Shown here one piece after another: positions 23,170 through 35,843 of a stretch of DNA of 64,000 nucleotides. Below the pieces are notes generated by a model that was given only the letters and a program-made list of their open reading frames with translations, was not told where the DNA came from and did no database searches. The stretch comes from Azolla caroliniana (taxonomy: Eukaryota > Plantae > Polypodiophyta), in NCBI GenBank assembly GCA_043228905.1, contig JBHGNT010000008.1, positions 20,460,001-20,524,000 on the forward strand, written 5' to 3'. Position 1 is the first letter of the stretch. Each line of letters starts with the position of its first letter. The position numbers were made by a program, and so were the translations under genes.

Positions 23170-26100
23170 ACTTTGCACAACCAGTGTGCAAGTTCAGAGG
23201 GGGTGGGTGTCGTGAAGGATTTGCTTCACGATATAAAAATAAATTTAAATATTGAATTCAATAATATTTCAAACACTTGAACCCACAACCTTATAAACCA
23301 AGCACAATGTATATACCACTAGGGTAGGCTATTTGTTTTTAGAAATGTTGTCAAGAATGTGCTTCACTATATAAGAATAAACTTAAATATTGTATTAAGT
23401 AAAATTGAGGGACTTGAACCCTCAACCTTGTATATCAAGCACAAACCATACACCACTAAGCTAGGTTATTTGTTTTAGGATTATATCCATCATTATACTT
23501 ATCCCAATACATGGGAGCTCAAATGAGCATGATGGCTATCATGCATCACATGCAATGCATGTGCGCCAAATGGCGATCATGCATCAGATGTAACTCATGC
23601 ATTACATGCATGACATTACCATATGCATGGAAATACTTATAAAAAGAGAGGAAAGGAAAACAAAAGGGAATCAAGGAATCAAAAGAGAGTAAAAAAATAA
23701 TACAATCAATTGAAGAAGATTAGCTCATTGGGTGGAGAACCTCTCGTTTCGAAGTTGAGGTCGTGAGTTCAAATCAAGGGTCGATAGAGAATGTGTTCAG
23801 TTTGCGGTCAAGGATTGTAAAGTTGGTAAAATATTATATTTTTAATATACATCATGTTTATATCATATACTCTTGTTCCTTGAATCATACTTTGTCTCAA
23901 TCTTCTTTCTAGAATCATACTTTGTCTCGATCTTCTTTCTTGAATCATACATTGTCTCTATCTTTTATCTATGCTTGTCTCTCTCTCTCCCTCACACATA
24001 CACACACACATTACTCGTAACTCTTCTTCTTACTATCCTTAACCATTCTATCATCACCATACAAGCCTTATTAAAAGTTAAGTTTCTTCAACTCCCCTTA
24101 ACCTTAGTCCCCGCGACTTCGCCGCACGAACCACAACTACCCCGACAGCGTAACAGTGTACAAAAAGAGAGAGAGAGAGAGAGGAAGAGGTAGTTGCCTC
24201 TGTTGTAACCACCGCCTGTGGCGAAGATCGTGAGCACGAGGTCATTGCCTCCGTGAGCTCACTGTTGTAATCATTGTGATATAGTGATAGTTTGGAGTCT
24301 GTGGACTCCCGTGGTTTTTCCCTCTCAGGGTTTTCCACGTTAAACATCCTGTGTACTCTTCTCTCCTCATCGTGTCGTGCCTTCTTTCCCGTCTTTTCTG
24401 TGTTTTATGATTCTAAGCTCAGTTGTGGCTGAGCGTTGTTCATCGAGAGCGTGTAGTTCCCGACACTTAGTTGATCATCATCTTCTGTGTTGTTGAGGTC
24501 GTTCGTAGATGGTTCGGGAGGAGTCGGCTCGGGTTTGTACCATGATGTCGATTTGTCAAAGACGACATCCCGACTTACACGAGTCTTCCGAGTAGAGCAG
24601 TTGAAGCAGTTGTACCCCTTTTGCTCAAGTGAGTACCCCACGAGGATGCACTTCTCTGATTTTGGGTCAAGCTTCTGCCACTTCTCATCGGGAATGTCCA
24701 TGTATGCAATGGAGCCGAATATCCTTACATAGGATAGATCCGGCTTCTGCCCATAGTATTTCTCGTGCGGGGTGACCTCGTGCACTTCGGATGTTGTGCA
24801 CCGGTTCATGAGGTAGATGACGGTATTTGCAGCTTCGGCCCAATATGACTTGGGCATATGCTTCTCATTTAGCATGGCCCTTGCCACTTTGAGGATGTGC
24901 AGATTCTTGCGTTCGGTTACACTGTTCTGTTGCGGTGTGTGTCAGCAAGTGAATTCTCGCTGAATTCCTTCTTGTCGAAGGTATGTCGTGAACACATCGG
25001 AGAAGTATTCCTTTCTCCATCTAACCGAAGACATGGTACATGGCAACCAATTGTCTTTTCGACTTTGCTTTTGAATTTTTCGAAGTGTGTAAACACTTCG
25101 GTCTTCATCCTCATGGGAAAGATCTGTGTATCTAGAGAAGTTGTCAATGAAGGTAACATAGTACCGGCATCCTCCGAACATAGTCGTCTGTGCCGGTCCC
25201 CACACATCCGAGTGGACTACGCCCAATAGGCCTTTGCTCACGTTCCTCTCCTTCGGGAACAGGTGCCGATGTTGCTTGCCTAATTGGCATGCTTCACATA
25301 CTCCTTAAATCTCTTTCTCTTTGAAGGTCGGGAACCCGATGACGACTCCTTTCGATTGCATCACCTTGAGGTTGTTGAGATTGATATGGCCGATTCTTTT
25401 ATGCCATAGCTCTATGTCGGTGTCGGATTTGAGGCCCCTTGCAAACATGGCCGATTTTACCTCGTTCGCTTCGAGGATAAACATTTGGCCTTCCCTTCGA
25501 CCGCAAGGAATTAGTCGGCCTTCCTTCTCGATGAAGCAACCTCGGTTGAATCGAACTTGCATCCCTTGCTCCACAATTTGGCCGACTGAGACCAAATTCT
25601 TCGTTATGGTGGGTACATGTAGGACATTTTTTTATGCAATTTTGTTCACCTTCTTTCCTGAATGGGACATTGCCGACATGCTAAATCGAATGAGTGGTGT
25701 CGTCTCCGGTCTCGACATAACCGGGTCGATCCGGCTCTTGAAGGCCTTTGAACCATTCTTGATGGGACGTCATATGGTTCGAAGCACCGGAGTCGACGAA
25801 CCATACATCTTCCAAATTGGAGGCATTAGTCGAAGTAGAGGCCGACATAGAATTTTTTCTGTGTCTCATTACAAACATTCCGCCATGATCTTCATAGTCG
25901 GAGTTGGTGGCGTAATTGGTGAGTTGTCGGCTTGTGGAAGCCGACTCATGCTTCTTCTTTCAGCACTCTTCTTCATGGTGGCCTATTTTTCCGCAATAAT
26001 CGCATTTGATTGAGGTTTGTTGGCACAGACCGGAATGGAAGCTCCCCCTTCTTCCGAGGGTTCCTCGATGGCTTCCGTCTTGTTGCCGAAATTGGGAGTT

Positions 26101-27750
26101 TTTGTCGTAAGTTGGACCTCGTCCGCCACCTCATCCTTGGCCGAATTGGCCTCTTACTCGGCCGCGTCCTCTTCCTCCATTCGAATGCGTTTAGAGCATG
26201 TGACCTTCCGAGGCATTGCTCCTTGTTCGAACATGATTCTCTTCGACCAATAACATAGATTGAAGATCGAAGAAGGAGGGTGGATTCTCCCATTCTAGTA
26301 CGGCGGTCCGCATCGCGCCGAATCGTGGTGCAAGGCCGCTGAGGCATATTTGCACCATTTCATCATCCTCCACATTGACGCTTATTGAGCCGAGTGCATG
26401 ACAAAGCTCCTTGATTTTCAAGGTGTATTTTGTGATGGACATATCCCTTTGTTGGATGTTGTTCAACTCTTGGCGGAGTTGAAGCTTCTTGGTGGTCGTG
26501 TTGGTGGCGAAAATCTTTCGTAGATTTTCCCACGCTTCCTTCGGCATCTTGGCTTCTCGAATGTAGCCGAGCATGGGGTCATGAACAAGTGTCGCCAGGC
26601 AATACATTACTCGACTCGCCGCTTCCTCCCATGTTGAGTAGTCGGCGTCTTCCGGGTCGGGTCAGTTTTCTTGTGCTCCCTGTATGTAACCCCAATAGCC
26701 TTGGCCAACATGGTATTGGTGAATCTTGTGCTCCCAAGATGCGAAGTTGTTTCGGTCCAACTTCTCGCTAGGGAGAGCGCTCCCCATTTGAGTATTCATG
26801 GTGTTCAATGTAGAGTTTCTTCTTCTTCTTCTCTCTTGAATACGAGCTATGTAGCTGCACTACGATAGCGATGAGCCGGTTTTGCTTGAACGTTGGTGTG
26901 GAGCACAACACACGCAAATGGGCTTAATCGAGCTACCAAACCACTTTGATACCATGTAAAGAATCGATGGTGATTCTTGTGCAGCGGAATAGATTAGAGA
27001 TATGTGTTGTGAGTGTGTGTGTATGAGAGAGAGAGTGAGAGTGAGAGAGAAACACAAGATAGATTAGAGAGACAATAGAATACTCAAGAAGTTGTATATT
27101 ACAAAGGAGATTAATCGACTTAATTACAAAGTAGGAGGAGAGTGCTTTATATAGTCACTCTCTCTCCTCATTAACTACCGAAGCTCATGGGTCATGGGGA
27201 ATGTGAAAACTCATTAGTTATGTATCATAGAATATGATTCTATGATACATAGTTAATGTGTAGATAAGAGTGGTGACTTTTGACCTTTGAGTGCACACTC
27301 TCAAGGGTGTGTTCACACACTAGACTAGGTTGAGCTTGATTCTCAACAATCCTCAACTCTTGCGAGATGAAATCGGCAATGTATGCCAAGGGCCGAAAGG
27401 TCGACACTGACCTAGAGGTGTGGCACAAACAAATAGGCCACATTAACCTCCAAAAGCTCAAAGCAATGCAGTCGAAAGGAGTTGTCATTGGACTCCTGAC
27501 TTTTATCAAAAAGGAGAGTGCAGGCGCATGTGAAGCCTGCCAGTTCGACAAACAACATCGTCAACCGTTCTCGAAAGAGAGCATAGTGAGCAAAGGGATC
27601 GTGGATGTAATACATTCAGATGTATGGGGACCAGCCTAAACGGCAACATTTGGGGGTTGCCGATACTATGTGACGTTCATCGACGACTTCTCAAAGCACA
27701 CCTGGATCTACCCATGCGCCAGATTAGTGAAGTGTTCTCGCACTTCTAGG

Positions 27751-27848
27751 AAGATTACGCAACCACACGCTTTGATACCATGTAAATAAATGGAGCTTGT
27801 GGTGTAATGCAATGGAAGATAATTGTGTGCGTGTGTGTGTGCATGTAA

Positions 27849-27890
<42 letters not shown>

Positions 27891-28185
27891 AGACCGAGAT
27901 CAAAGATTGTATGTTACATTAACCAAAATACTTCCGAGAATAACTAAGTTACAAGGGGTGGGTTTAAATACCAACTAAACTAGGGCAAGTGCCCTTTCTA
28001 CTATTTACAAAACTAGCCTGGTATGACCATGAGGTAGTGTGAAACCTATTACTATGGGAAGTTGCATTCGACTCTCAATAGGCGTGTCAGCTCCCTGCCG
28101 ATCCAACTCCCAGCTTCTTCAGCCGATCTAGGCCTACCCGATCGATCGTCATCTGATGCGGCCCATGTTGAGCTTGCTCTCAACA
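27751..28185 (-). mobile_element. Copia 5' LTR (27781-28185) with PBS; internal region lost
   Basis: Reverse complement reads TGTTGAGAGCAAGCTCAAC...TTTACA followed by TGGTATCAAAGC. Confidence 0.8.
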
Positions 28186-28788
28186 CACACTTTTTGTTTT
28201 ACAAGTTTCTTCTATGTCGTTCACGTTCGATTTACGTTTATATTGCATTTTTTTATCTTAAATTAGGATTTGGGGTTCACACCTTCTCTAGTTTTTCTTC
28301 AACTATGATATTTTCTTTTAGGCTTTCAATGCCTTTTTTATCTAGAATGTAACATTCTTGATGAATTCCTCCATATTGAATATCTAGTTACTTTGCATCG
28401 GCACATGATTTACCTTTATGTGAATTGGAACTAGGCCTCGTTGACTTGTTTGTAATTTCTCCTATTAAGTATTTATTCTTCTTTCTCTTGTCATATTGTT
28501 GAAATTTTGTTTTTACTTCATCCCAAATGTTAATAAGTAAATTAGTGCCACCGTCATCCTCTAAAAGTACACCGAACTTTAGACTCTTTCATCTCAAACG
28601 ACGAGCTTCATGAACATGTTCACCCCCACCAACTTTTTATCTCAATATGAAAGTTGAGCAAAGTGGCATACAAACTCATGCAATGATGCTATTTGCTAAG
28701 AATCAAGCTCAACATAGTGCAACATGTGAACACACCAACTCGACTCGAAGGGTACACGGATGCTGACTGGGCCGGTTACAAAGCCGAT

Positions 28789-29279
28789 TGTTGAGAGACC
28801 AAGCTCAACTTAGTTTATTTATTTTGTCAACCATGTAACTTCGTAGTTACCTAGAAAGAATCTAGTTAGAAGTGTTGACCATAACGCCTTAAATAGAACC
28901 TTGTGCTTAAGTGGGATATTCTAGATCCTCCACTCCAAAGTACATTTAATATAGGACCTTGTGCTTAAGTGGTATATTCTAGATCCAAAGTACATTTAAT
29001 ATAGGACTTTTGTACCTATATTATCCTCACACATGTGCACCCTTGCACATGAAATCTATATATACCTCATTGTAGGTATTTTTGTATTTGATGATGATAA
29101 TGCTAATTTAATATACTTACTCATCCCCCATCTTGTGTTGTTCATAAGTGTATCTCTCTCTCTTTCTCTCTCTCTCTCACACACACACACATACACACAC
29201 ATATCACTTAATCTTCCGCTTAACTTAATCACATAATTAGGTACTAATTAACCCTTAATTACTTACCTAATTCTTAACA
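28789..29279 (+). mobile_element. Copia solo LTR with TSD CCGAT (same family as 31617-35649)
   Basis: TGTTGAGA...CTTAACA flanked by CCGAT. Confidence 0.92.
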
Positions 29280-29784
29280 CCGATCGACGATCAACCTCTG
29301 GATTTGTCTTCTCCCTTGGCAGTGGAGCAATTTCGTGGAGTAGCAAGAAGCAACCAATCGTAGCTCTTTCGAGTACGGAGGCCGAATACAGGGGTGCAGC
29401 TGTAGCTGCATGTGAAGCCATATGGCTCAAGAGGATTTTAAAGGACCTAGGCGTCCCCATCAAGGATCTGACTCCCATTTACTATGACAACATGAGCAGT
29501 ATATATCTGGCTCGGAACCCGGTGTTTCACTTCATTCGAGAGTGCTTACAAGCTGGAGATGTCGATCTTCAACACATCAACACGAATCTTAAGACGTTCG
29601 ACATCTTCACCAAAGCCTTAGGAGCCAACAAGCTTCAGCAATTCATGTCAGACCTTGGATTGATGATCCCTGACTTGCCAAGCTTTAGGGGGAGTACAAG
29701 CGAGAACCGGATACCATCCGAGGAACCGACCTGAGTTGAGCTTGAGGGGGCGTCTTGAGAATCACGCTCAACATAGTGCAACGT

Positions 29785-30560
29785 TGTCACGGTCTTCCAC
29801 GCGGATGTGTAGAAATGGGGTAGGACCATGGGGGTCTTGAACCAAGGAATCGAGAAAGGAGGAAGAGGCATGTGAGTCGTATACACACAAACACCGTGAA
29901 TCAGACAAAGAGGAGTAGGAAGGAGGTGGTCGTAGGTTTCAGACTCAATGTAGTACGAGAGAATACCAACGCGAGAACGACACAAGGAAAAAAAAAGCAA
30001 CATAAAGCAACAGAATAGATTGTCAATAGTAGTTAGGACGCACACGTGAAGCGTAGGGAATGCAACCGGTCAGAGCTGGGAATAGAGCTTCGGGCTCTAG
30101 AGCAAACACACACAAAAAGGGGGCCTCTAGTCGGGAGTTCGGGGCGTCTAACGCGAGCCGAGCGTTCCTCCCAAGGTTTGGTAGTAGAGGTTCAGAAGAG
30201 AACGAGTGAGCGTGCTACTTCTTCCTGTTCGGTAGTGTCCTCTACTTCTCAAGAAAAAAAACGATCCCGCAAATAGTTTGAGGCCTCCCCTTTTATAGCA
30301 CAAGGAGTAGCCATTACATCAGGTTTAATGACACCTCGATATTCTCTTCTTGATGTGCTCTCGCTATCTCACCTTTGTTTCCGTGCCCCTACCCACATGA
30401 TATTAAATCCTCTAATAGTGCTTAACTTCCTAGTAATCCACAAAACCTATCGACACCTAGTACTTTCATAAATTAATACAAAAAAAGGATGCACTTGTGC
30501 AAACCTGCGTTCCCATGCATTTGGCGATGTTTCCCCCGATGGCGTGGAATCTTCACGACA
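29785..30560 (-). mobile_element. Solo LTR, probably Gypsy-type, with 4-bp TSD ACGT
   Basis: Reverse complement starts TGTCGTGAAG, like the LTR at 20148; ACGT at 29781-29784 and 30561-30564; it splits a Copia LTR cleanly. Confidence 0.85.
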
Positions 30561-31304
30561 ACGTGTGAACACACCTCTTGAGAATCTATGATTACTCAAA
30601 GGTCAAGAGTCACACCACTAGTCTCTAAACATTAATTATGTGTCATAGAATCATATTCTATGACACATAACTAATGAGTTACATATTCCCCATGACTATG
30701 AGTCTTCACATTCCCCAAGAGAGAGAGTGGTTGTTGTAGTTAATTAATGAAGAGAGAGGGAGACTCTATATAAAGCACCCTCATACTTTATACTAAGTCG
30801 GTTGTGACTCCTTGTTATGCTACATTTTGTAAATCTTATTCTACTTGTGAAATATAAACCTTCTTCTTGAGTATTCCTCTTTCTATCTATTTTGTGTTCT
30901 CTCATCTCTCCACTAATTCCTCTCACACATACACATAACACACATCTCTTCCGCTACACAAGAATCATACCCAATTCTTTACGCTATTTTAGTTTTATAA
31001 GGCTTCTTCATTTCGACCCATTTCTCAAAATTGTAGCGACTTTGTTGGTCACGTCTTTGACTTTGAACTCTTTTCGCAATGCCATTTGGAAGGAATGCCA
31101 TGATGTATGGGCCTCTTAAAGTTTTATAATTTGTTTATGTATAGTCAAGGATATTTTTCTAATGAAGTAATTCAATTTTGTTAGCTTTCCCATACTCTTT
31201 TGAAGCATCACATTGTTATATTAATTTAAATAATTAAGAAGTTGGCGCCTTCAAATTGTCAAGTTGTGTATACAAGACTTTCAACTGCAGATTGCACGAC
31301 ATTT

Positions 31305-31349
<45 letters not shown>

Positions 31350-31616
31350 AATAGAATCATCATCTTCGTCATCATCAATGCAAAGTCTTTATTTTGGGTA
31401 CCCAATCTCCCCTACCACTCATTTCAGATCGGGTTCACCAAACTATGTCATGAAGTTACTGTTAGGATATATTATAATATCTATAAGATACGTACTTTGT
31501 TTGAGGCTTCTATATTTTGGTTTAGTGGCTTTTGTGGAGTTTTGTTTAGTGTTGACTTTGGTGTCTTCTTGTAATGTAGATTCTGCATCATTTGAGTCCT
31601 TTCCAATGGGAGTCCT

Positions 31617-34600
31617 TGTTGAGAGATCAAGCTCAACTTAGTTTAGTTAGTTAGTCAACCATGTAACTTCATAGTTACCTAGATAGAATCTAGTTTGAAG
31701 TGTTGACTATAACACCTTAAATAGGACCTTGTACTTAAGTGGGATATTCTAGATCATCCACTCCTAAGTACATTTAATATAGGTCTTACACTTTTGTACC
31801 TATATTATCCTCATGCATGTGCACCCTTGCACATGAGATCTATATATACCTCATTGGAGGTATTTTTTTGATTTGATGATCATAATGCTAATTTAATATA
31901 GTTACTCATCCCCCATCTTGTGTTGTTCATAAGTGTATCTCTCTCTCTCTCTCTTCCTCTCACACAGATACACACATATCACTTAATCTTCTGCTTATCA
32001 ACTAATCACAAAATTAGGTACTAATTAACCCTTGCTTAATTACTTACCTAATTCTTAACATGGTATCAGAGTGTGTGGTTTAGAAAATCCACTAAGCCCA
32101 CCCGACTCCGTGATTGTGTGTTCGAGACACCGACGACAAAATCCGACTATCAGCTATCGTAGTGCCACTACGTAGCATGTGTATATGATCGAAGGAAGAA
32201 AAGCAAATAAAGAGAAGACACAATCAACATGAACACAAAAAGTGGTAGCTCACTCCCTAGTGAAAAGCTAAACCAGAGTAATTATTCATCTTGGGAGTAC
32301 AAGATGACCCAATACCTCGTCGGCCAAGGGTATTGGAGCTACATGAACGACACTCAAGAAATTTGACCCAACTCAAAGAACACCGACTATGCAACATGCG
32401 AGAAAGCGGCGACTCGAGTCATGTATTGCTTGGCAACATGTGTCCACGACCACATGCTTAGCCACATTCGAGACGCCAAGACGCCTAAAGAAGCGTGGGC
32501 GAACTTAAAGAAAATGTTCGCCACCAACACAACCGCTTGAAAGCTTCAACTCTGACAAGAGTTGAATAACATTCGACAAAAAGACATGTCCGTGTCGGAC
32601 TACACCGCCAAGATCAAGAGAATTTGCGACTCACTTGGCTCCATCAACATAAACGTTGATGAAGACGAGATGGTTCAAGAATGCTTGGGCGGTCTCGCAC
32701 ACCGATTCGATCCATTACGAATGGCAATCTTGGCGAGAGAAGACCCTCCTTCTTTCTTCGACCTCCACTCAATTCTTTTGGTCGAAGAGAACCACATCCG
32801 AACCAAAAGCAAGACATTGGAAGGACAAATGTTCTTCTCGAATTCAGACGGTGGCCGAGGAAGAGGTCACGGCGGTAGAAGAGGTCAATTCGACCCATCA
32901 CACGAAGGGAACTCAAACCTTCATGGAAGCCATCGAGGAACCTTCGGAAGAAGGGGGAGCTTCCACACCAAACATGGTCGGCAAACCAGGCCTGCAACTT
33001 GCAATTATTGCAGCAAAGTCGGCCACCACAAGGCAGCGTGTCGGAAAAAGAGAAGTGAGTCGGCTTCAACAAGTCGACAACTCACAAACTACGCATTGAA
33101 CTCTGACTAAGACAATCGTAGCAGAATGTTCACGGATCACACATCGAATTTCACTACGACGATCGTAGTGAAATGTTTACAAATTACGCCATGAATTCCG
33201 ACTACGGTGACTGTGGCGGAATGTTCGTAATGAGGCATAGAGAGAACTCTATGACGGCCTCCAACTCCACAAGCACCTCCAATTCGGAAGATGCATGGTT
33301 CATCGATTCCGGCGCCTCACATCACATGACATCCCACAAAGAGTGGTTCAATGACTTAGTACACCGGATAGACCCAGCTACATAGAGATGGGAGACGACA
33401 CCACACATACCATTTGGCACATCAGCAATGTCCCATTCGGGAAAGAAGGCGAACAAACTTGCACCAAGATTGTCTTGCACATGCCCACAATAATGAAGAA
33501 TTTGGTCTCCGTCAGCCAAATTGTAGAGCAAGGCATGAGAGTCCTCTTCAACAAAGAAGGATGCTTCATCGAGAAAGATGGTCGACTCATCGCCAAGGGA
33601 CGGAGAGATGGTCAGATGTTCATCCTCAATTTGAACAAGGTGAAATCGGCCATGTACGCTAAAAGTCTCAAAACCGAGACAAGCATCGAGTTGTGGCACA
33701 AGAGAATCGACCACATAAACCTCCAATAGCTCCGAGCTATGCAATCAAAGGGAGTCGTCATCGGACTTCCGACATTCGAGTCGAAACGAGTTAACCGAGT
33801 ATGCGAAGTGTGTCAACTCGGCAAACAACATTGTCTCCCATTCCCGAAGGAGAGCTCCGCAAGCAAAGGCCTCCTCGACGTCATACACTCAGATGTATGG
33901 GTACTGGCTCAAACGCCGACGATCGGCGGATGCCAATACTACGTAACCTTCATCGACGACTACTCGCGCTATGCATGGATCTACCCGATGAAGAAGAAAA
34001 GTGAAGTGCTCTTCCACTTCCAAAAGCTCAAGGGCCAAGTCGAGAAAGAAACCGGTCGGCACATTCGATGCCTACGATCGGATGGAGGCAAGGAGTACTT
34101 CTCTGACGAATTCACCTCCTACCTCCAAAGTGAAGGCATTTGGAGAGAATTCTCGTGTTGACACACCCCCCAACAAAATGGAGTCGCCGAAAGGAAAAAT
34201 CAACAAATACTCGAGGTAGCATGCGCCATGACGCATGAGAAGCACATGCCGAACTTCTATTGGGTCGAAGCAGCATCCACGGTCGTCTATCTCATGAACC
34301 GATGCACCACTAATGGAGTGCATGAGCTAACTCCCTACGAGCTCCTCGTCGAAAGGAAGCCGATCTTGTCGCACCTCAAGGTGTTCGGAAGCATTGCGAA
34401 TGTACGCATCCCGAATGAAAGCCGACAGAAGCCCGACGCGAAGTCGAAGGAATGTATCCTGGTAGAATACTCGTTTGAGAAGAAGGCATACAGGTGCTAC
34501 AACCCTTCTACCCGAGCGGTTCGGGTAAGTCGAGACGTAGTCTTCGACGAGTCCGCATCGTGGTACACACTAGAGACAACTTCAACTCCGACTCCGACTC

Positions 34601-35494
34601 CGCTCCACCCGGAATGCGCCGAACAAGAGGTAGAAGATGGAGATCGCTTCGAACACATGTTTGAAGAACGTCCAATTACGACAAGGCCTAGTGGGCCACA
34701 AGAGCCCCCACGCAACCCAAGCACGTCGCGGCCAAGTACGAACTTGGACAAAGGCAAAGGTAAGATGCTCGAATATGAAGTCGACCACCCTGACGACAAT
34801 TATTCGGATGGATCGGCTCCCTCACTAGATAGTCAGTTTGGTGTACCCATCATGCGTACACCCAGAGTAAAGAAGGCGCTCACATCGGCGAGCGAAAAAC
34901 TTCGACGCTCATCTAGAGCTAAGAACCCCATCACTCGGCACGGCTACAATGAGTACATGGCCCATTATTACGCCTTTGCGATGAAGGTAGCGGCCGAACA
35001 AGAGCCCAAGAGCTCCACCAAAGTGGCTTGTAACCCACGATGGGTGGAAGTAGTCGACCTTCGCCCACACACTACAAGCCTTCGTCATCGGCTTGAGGGG
35101 GAGGAACCGAGATTGCCACGGCGAAGGTCGGACGGAAGCACACGAAGCCGACAAAAGCCAAAGCGGATGTCGGACTCCTCACGCCTCAAGCTCAACTTAG
35201 TTTAGTTAGTTAGTCAACCATGTAACTTCGTAGTTACCTAGGTAGAATCTAGTTTGAAGTGTTGACGATAACGCCTTAAATAGGAACTTGTACTTAAGTG
35301 GGATATTCTAGATCCTCCACTCCTAAGTACATTTAATATAGAACTTACACTTTCGTACCTATATTATCCTCACACATGTGCACCCTTGCACATGAGATCT
35401 ATATATACCTCATTGGAGGTAGTTTTTCGATTTAATGATCATAATGCTAATTTAATATAGTTACTCATCCCCCATCTTGTGTTGTTCATAAGTG

Positions 35495-35546
<52 letters not shown>

Positions 35547-35649
35547 TCTAACACAGATACATACATATCACTTAATCTTCCGCTTATCAACTAATCACAA
35601 ATTAGGTACTAATTAACACCCTTGCTTAATTACATACCTAATTCTTAAA
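31617..35649 (+). mobile_element. Copia element lacking RT/RNase H, TSD GTCCT: 5' LTR 31617-32060, PBS 32061-32071, 3' LTR ~35186-35649
   Basis: gag, WFIDSGA and integrase motifs; coding breaks off at PRWVEV; LTR pair and TSD present. Confidence 0.9.
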
Positions 35650-35843
35650 GTCCTCCCATGTTTAGTTTATGTGCAGGTATTAGGGCTCGTTGGTGAGGCT
35701 TTGGTGGGGGAAGACAAAATCCCTTCTTCTTGATGAATTGTTGCGCTTTCTTCACAGCTGCTAGGAATGGTTGCCACGATGTCCTCTTCCGTTGCTTCAA
35801 TGAATACCTCAATTTCCAGATATGATTATGATGTCATTATTTA

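Larger units (their letters stand above)
20148..24147 (+). mobile_element. Non-autonomous gag-protease-only LTR element (TR-GAG-like): 940-bp LTRs, tRNA-Trp PBS, PPT, 4-bp TSD GCGT
   Basis: LTRs 20148-21087 and 23208-24147 differ at one position seen; PBS TGGTGAACCCGACGTGA at 21092-21108; PPT AGAGGGGGTGGG at 23196-23207. Confidence 0.95.
19674..24465 (+). mobile_element. Solo LTR C (~790 bp, Copia-type) with TSD CTTAG, interrupted by the gag-only element
   Basis: TGTTAGG...CCCGACA flanked by CTTAG at 19669-19673 and 24466-24470; U5 motif GTGGTTTTTCCC...GGGTTTTCCACGTTAAA. Confidence 0.88.
17289..27348 (-). mobile_element. Full-length decayed Copia element B: 5' LTR 26955-27348, PBS 26941-26954, gag-PR-INT-RT-RH, PPT 17682-17690, 3' LTR 17289-17681
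   Basis: Matching LTR pair; [40 protein letters not shown] and KHIEVHYHF motifs in Copia order. Confidence 0.93.
14657..27750 (+). mobile_element. Decayed Copia element A: partial 5' LTR to 14918, PBS 14919-14930, gag-PR-INT; host of a nested stack
   Basis: TGGTATCAGAGC; gag; WFVDSG; HKQIGH/CEAC integrase zinc finger; DVIHSDVWGP; sequence resumes at 27351 after the nested element. Confidence 0.85.
28694..30983 (+). mobile_element. Internally deleted Copia element with TSD CTATT: ~45 bp of 5' LTR fused to RNase H, PPT, 3' LTR 29753-30983
   Basis: LEGYTDADWAGYKAD.RRSTSG..SKKQ RNase H; CTATT at 28689-28693 and 30984-30988. Confidence 0.8.
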
